From NCBI RefSeq assembly GCF_040394595.1, contig NZ_JBEBSA010000002.1:381137-445136 (forward strand): a DNA stretch of 64,000 bases. The letters run 5' to 3'. Below, piece after piece: positions 62,739 to 64,000 of the stretch. The DNA is from Microbacterium sp. GTDB taxonomy: Bacteria; Actinomycetota; Actinomycetes; Actinomycetales; Microbacteriaceae. The position numbers and the translations under genes were made by a program. The notes under the pieces were generated by a model. That model ran no database searches and was not told the origin of the DNA. It saw only the letters and a list, made by a program, of their open reading frames with translations. Numbering within the stretch: position 1 is the stretch's first letter; the number at the start of each line of letters is the position of its first letter.

Positions 62739-64000
62739 ATGCGACGAGCAAGATCCCGGCGCCTCGCCGCCACGCTGGTGGCCTTCGGCGTCGCCATTTC
62801 GATAGGGCTGCCCCTGCAGCTGCCATCGGCGGCGACGGCAGCGGACGGCCCCGTCATCACCGATCCCGGTTTCGAGAGCGGAACCTGGGCGGCGCAGACC
62901 CAGCATGCCCATGCGGAGATCGTGCAGGGCGGCGCCAACGGGTCGAAGCACTCCGTGCGCATCGGGCTCGACTACGAGGGCGACTCCCCGGTTCCGGTCG
63001 GCGGAAACCTCCCCACTCGTGGTGCAGGCACCAGCCGCGGATCCGTGAACCAGCAGATCACGAACGTCAAGCCCGACACCGAGTACGAGTTCTCCGTGTG
63101 GATCAAGGGCAAGGGCATCCGGTGGGGCGTCTTCGACCTCGAATCGAAGGGCTACTACACCGGAAGCACTGCGGGAGGCGAGCTCTCGATGTACGCCGGC
63201 GTCGACTCGGCCGGGGGCGGGACACAGTGGGAGAAGAAGACGTCGTCGATCGTCACCGGCCCCCGTACGACCGAGTTGAACGGCTTCTGCATCCTCACGG
63301 ACATGACCGGCCCCGGTTGGTGTGACGAGTTCTCGCTCACCGAGATCGGGCCCCGTGCGGCGGCATGGACGCCCGAGGCCGCATGGACGGAGCGGCCATC
63401 CGCGCAGGAGAAGTTCCCCGTGACCGTGCCGGAGGTGCAGCAGTTCCGTCCCTCGGGCGCAGGGGAGTGGAAGCCCCGGGGCGTCACGCGGTTCGTCGTG
63501 GACGAGGCCCACAGGGCCGAGATCGGCGACGAGGTGCAGCTCGCCGCAGCGCAGTTCGTCGAGAAGGGTGTCGCGCCCGGGCTGAAGGTCGCGTTCGGTA
63601 AGGTCTCCGACGTCCCCGCCGACGGGGTGTTCTTCACGCTCGGCTCGCCTGACCTCTCCGCGGCTCCCGCCAAGGCCAGGGAGCTCTCCGACCAGGCGTA
63701 CTCCCTTGCGATCACCGATCACGGCGCCAGGGTCACCGGCGGGGGCGAGGCCGGTGCGCTCTACGGGGCGATGACGCTCCTCCAGGGGCTCCAGGGCGGA
63801 TCGGTGCCGACGGGCGAGGTCATCGACTGGACCGATCAGGAGCTCCGCGGACTGCAGGTCGACTCCGCTCGGCGCTACTACAGCCTCGAGTGGTTCGAGA
63901 CCCAGGTGCGCGAGCTGTCCTACCTCAAGATGAACACGCTCGCTGTGCGCGTGAAGGACAACGAGGGGCTCCGCGTCGAGAGCGACGTCCTTCCCCGGCT
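62739..64000 (+). CDS. secreted CBM-containing GH20-like beta-N-acetylhexosaminidase (3' end outside the window)
   Basis: This ORF is absent from the track because it has no stop within the window; I translated it by hand. AGGAGAG RBS precedes it. Signal peptide MRRARSRRLAATLVAFGVAISIG..SAATA. A CBM4/9-like segment follows (ITDPGFESG..EYEFSVWIKG). A GH20b-like segment is present (YSLAITDHGARVTGGGEAGALYGAMTLLQ), and then the start of the catalytic domain (DWTDQELRGLQVDSARRYY). Confidence 0.7.
   Translation, partial: MRRARSRRLAATLVAFGVAISIGLPLQLPSAATAADGPVITDPGFESGTWAAQTQHAHAEIVQGGANGSKHSVRIGLDYEGDSPVPVGGNLPTRGAGTSRGSVNQQITNVKPDTEYEFSVWIKGKGIRWGVFDLESKGYYTGSTAGGELSMYAGVDSAGGGTQWEKKTSSIVTGPRTTELNGFCILTDMTGPGWCDEFSLTEIGPRAAAWTPEAAWTERPSAQEKFPVTVPEVQQFRPSGAGEWKPRGVTRFVVDEAHRAEIGDEVQLAAAQFVEKGVAPGLKVAFGKVSDVPADGVFFTLGSPDLSAAPAKARELSDQAYSLAITDHGARVTGGGEAGALYGAMTLLQGLQGGSVPTGEVIDWTDQELRGLQVDSARRYYSLEWFETQVRELSYLKMNTLAVRVKDNEGLRVESDVLPR

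Noticed and set aside
62676-63722. 348-aa minus-strand ORF at the right end
   Set aside because: It is antisense to the hand-translated GH20-like gene, which has an RBS, a signal peptide and family motifs.

Overview
This is a very GC-rich actinobacterial chromosome segment (roughly 70% GC by eye, not computed). Protein sequences and gene content look Microbacteriaceae/Microbacterium-like, which is inference only. I call about 60 densely packed protein-coding genes, many joined by 4-nt ATGA/GTGA stop-start overlaps.

The coding content is mostly ordinary housekeeping and metabolism:
- gcl fragment and glxK; coaBC; a HAIR (HspR-type) operator with clpB
- zwf with a divergent GH15 hydrolase
- a D-aminoacylase / lipase-like / M28 peptidase cluster with a divergent tandem Lrp regulator
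- a GPH symporter, a NatAB-like ABC exporter and BenE
- two NarL-type two-component systems
- xthA, glcG-glcB, pyrE and a ROK kinase
- a manganese locus (mntH, a small membrane protein, mntR)
- a MATE exporter, an M13 peptidase, a lactate-oxidising flavoenzyme and a POT peptide transporter
- a TyrZ-type tyrS followed by glyQS
- a GH38 / LacI / GH20 glycan locus that runs off the right edge; its GH20 ORF is missing from the supplied track

I recognised no rRNA, tRNA, CRISPR, transposase, integrase or phage genes, and no clear defence or toxin system.

The unusual material is non-coding:
1. A 63-65 nt perfect palindrome occurs three times, each between convergent genes. Differences between copies are mirrored on both arms.
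2. A dispersed repeat family is built on a duplicated 19-mer (GTGACGTTCTGCATCCGG). One locus carries it as a 3 x 103 bp tandem array.
3. Three helically phased direct repeats lie in a two-component-system promoter.
4. A leader carrying a terminator precedes the tyrS-like gene.

Other points worth a second look are a ClpB that natively lacks the N-domain, a class-A beta-lactamase homologue missing its catalytic serines, an orphan 536-aa polytopic membrane protein, and several unannotated small ORFs. All family assignments come from reading the translations; no database search was run.
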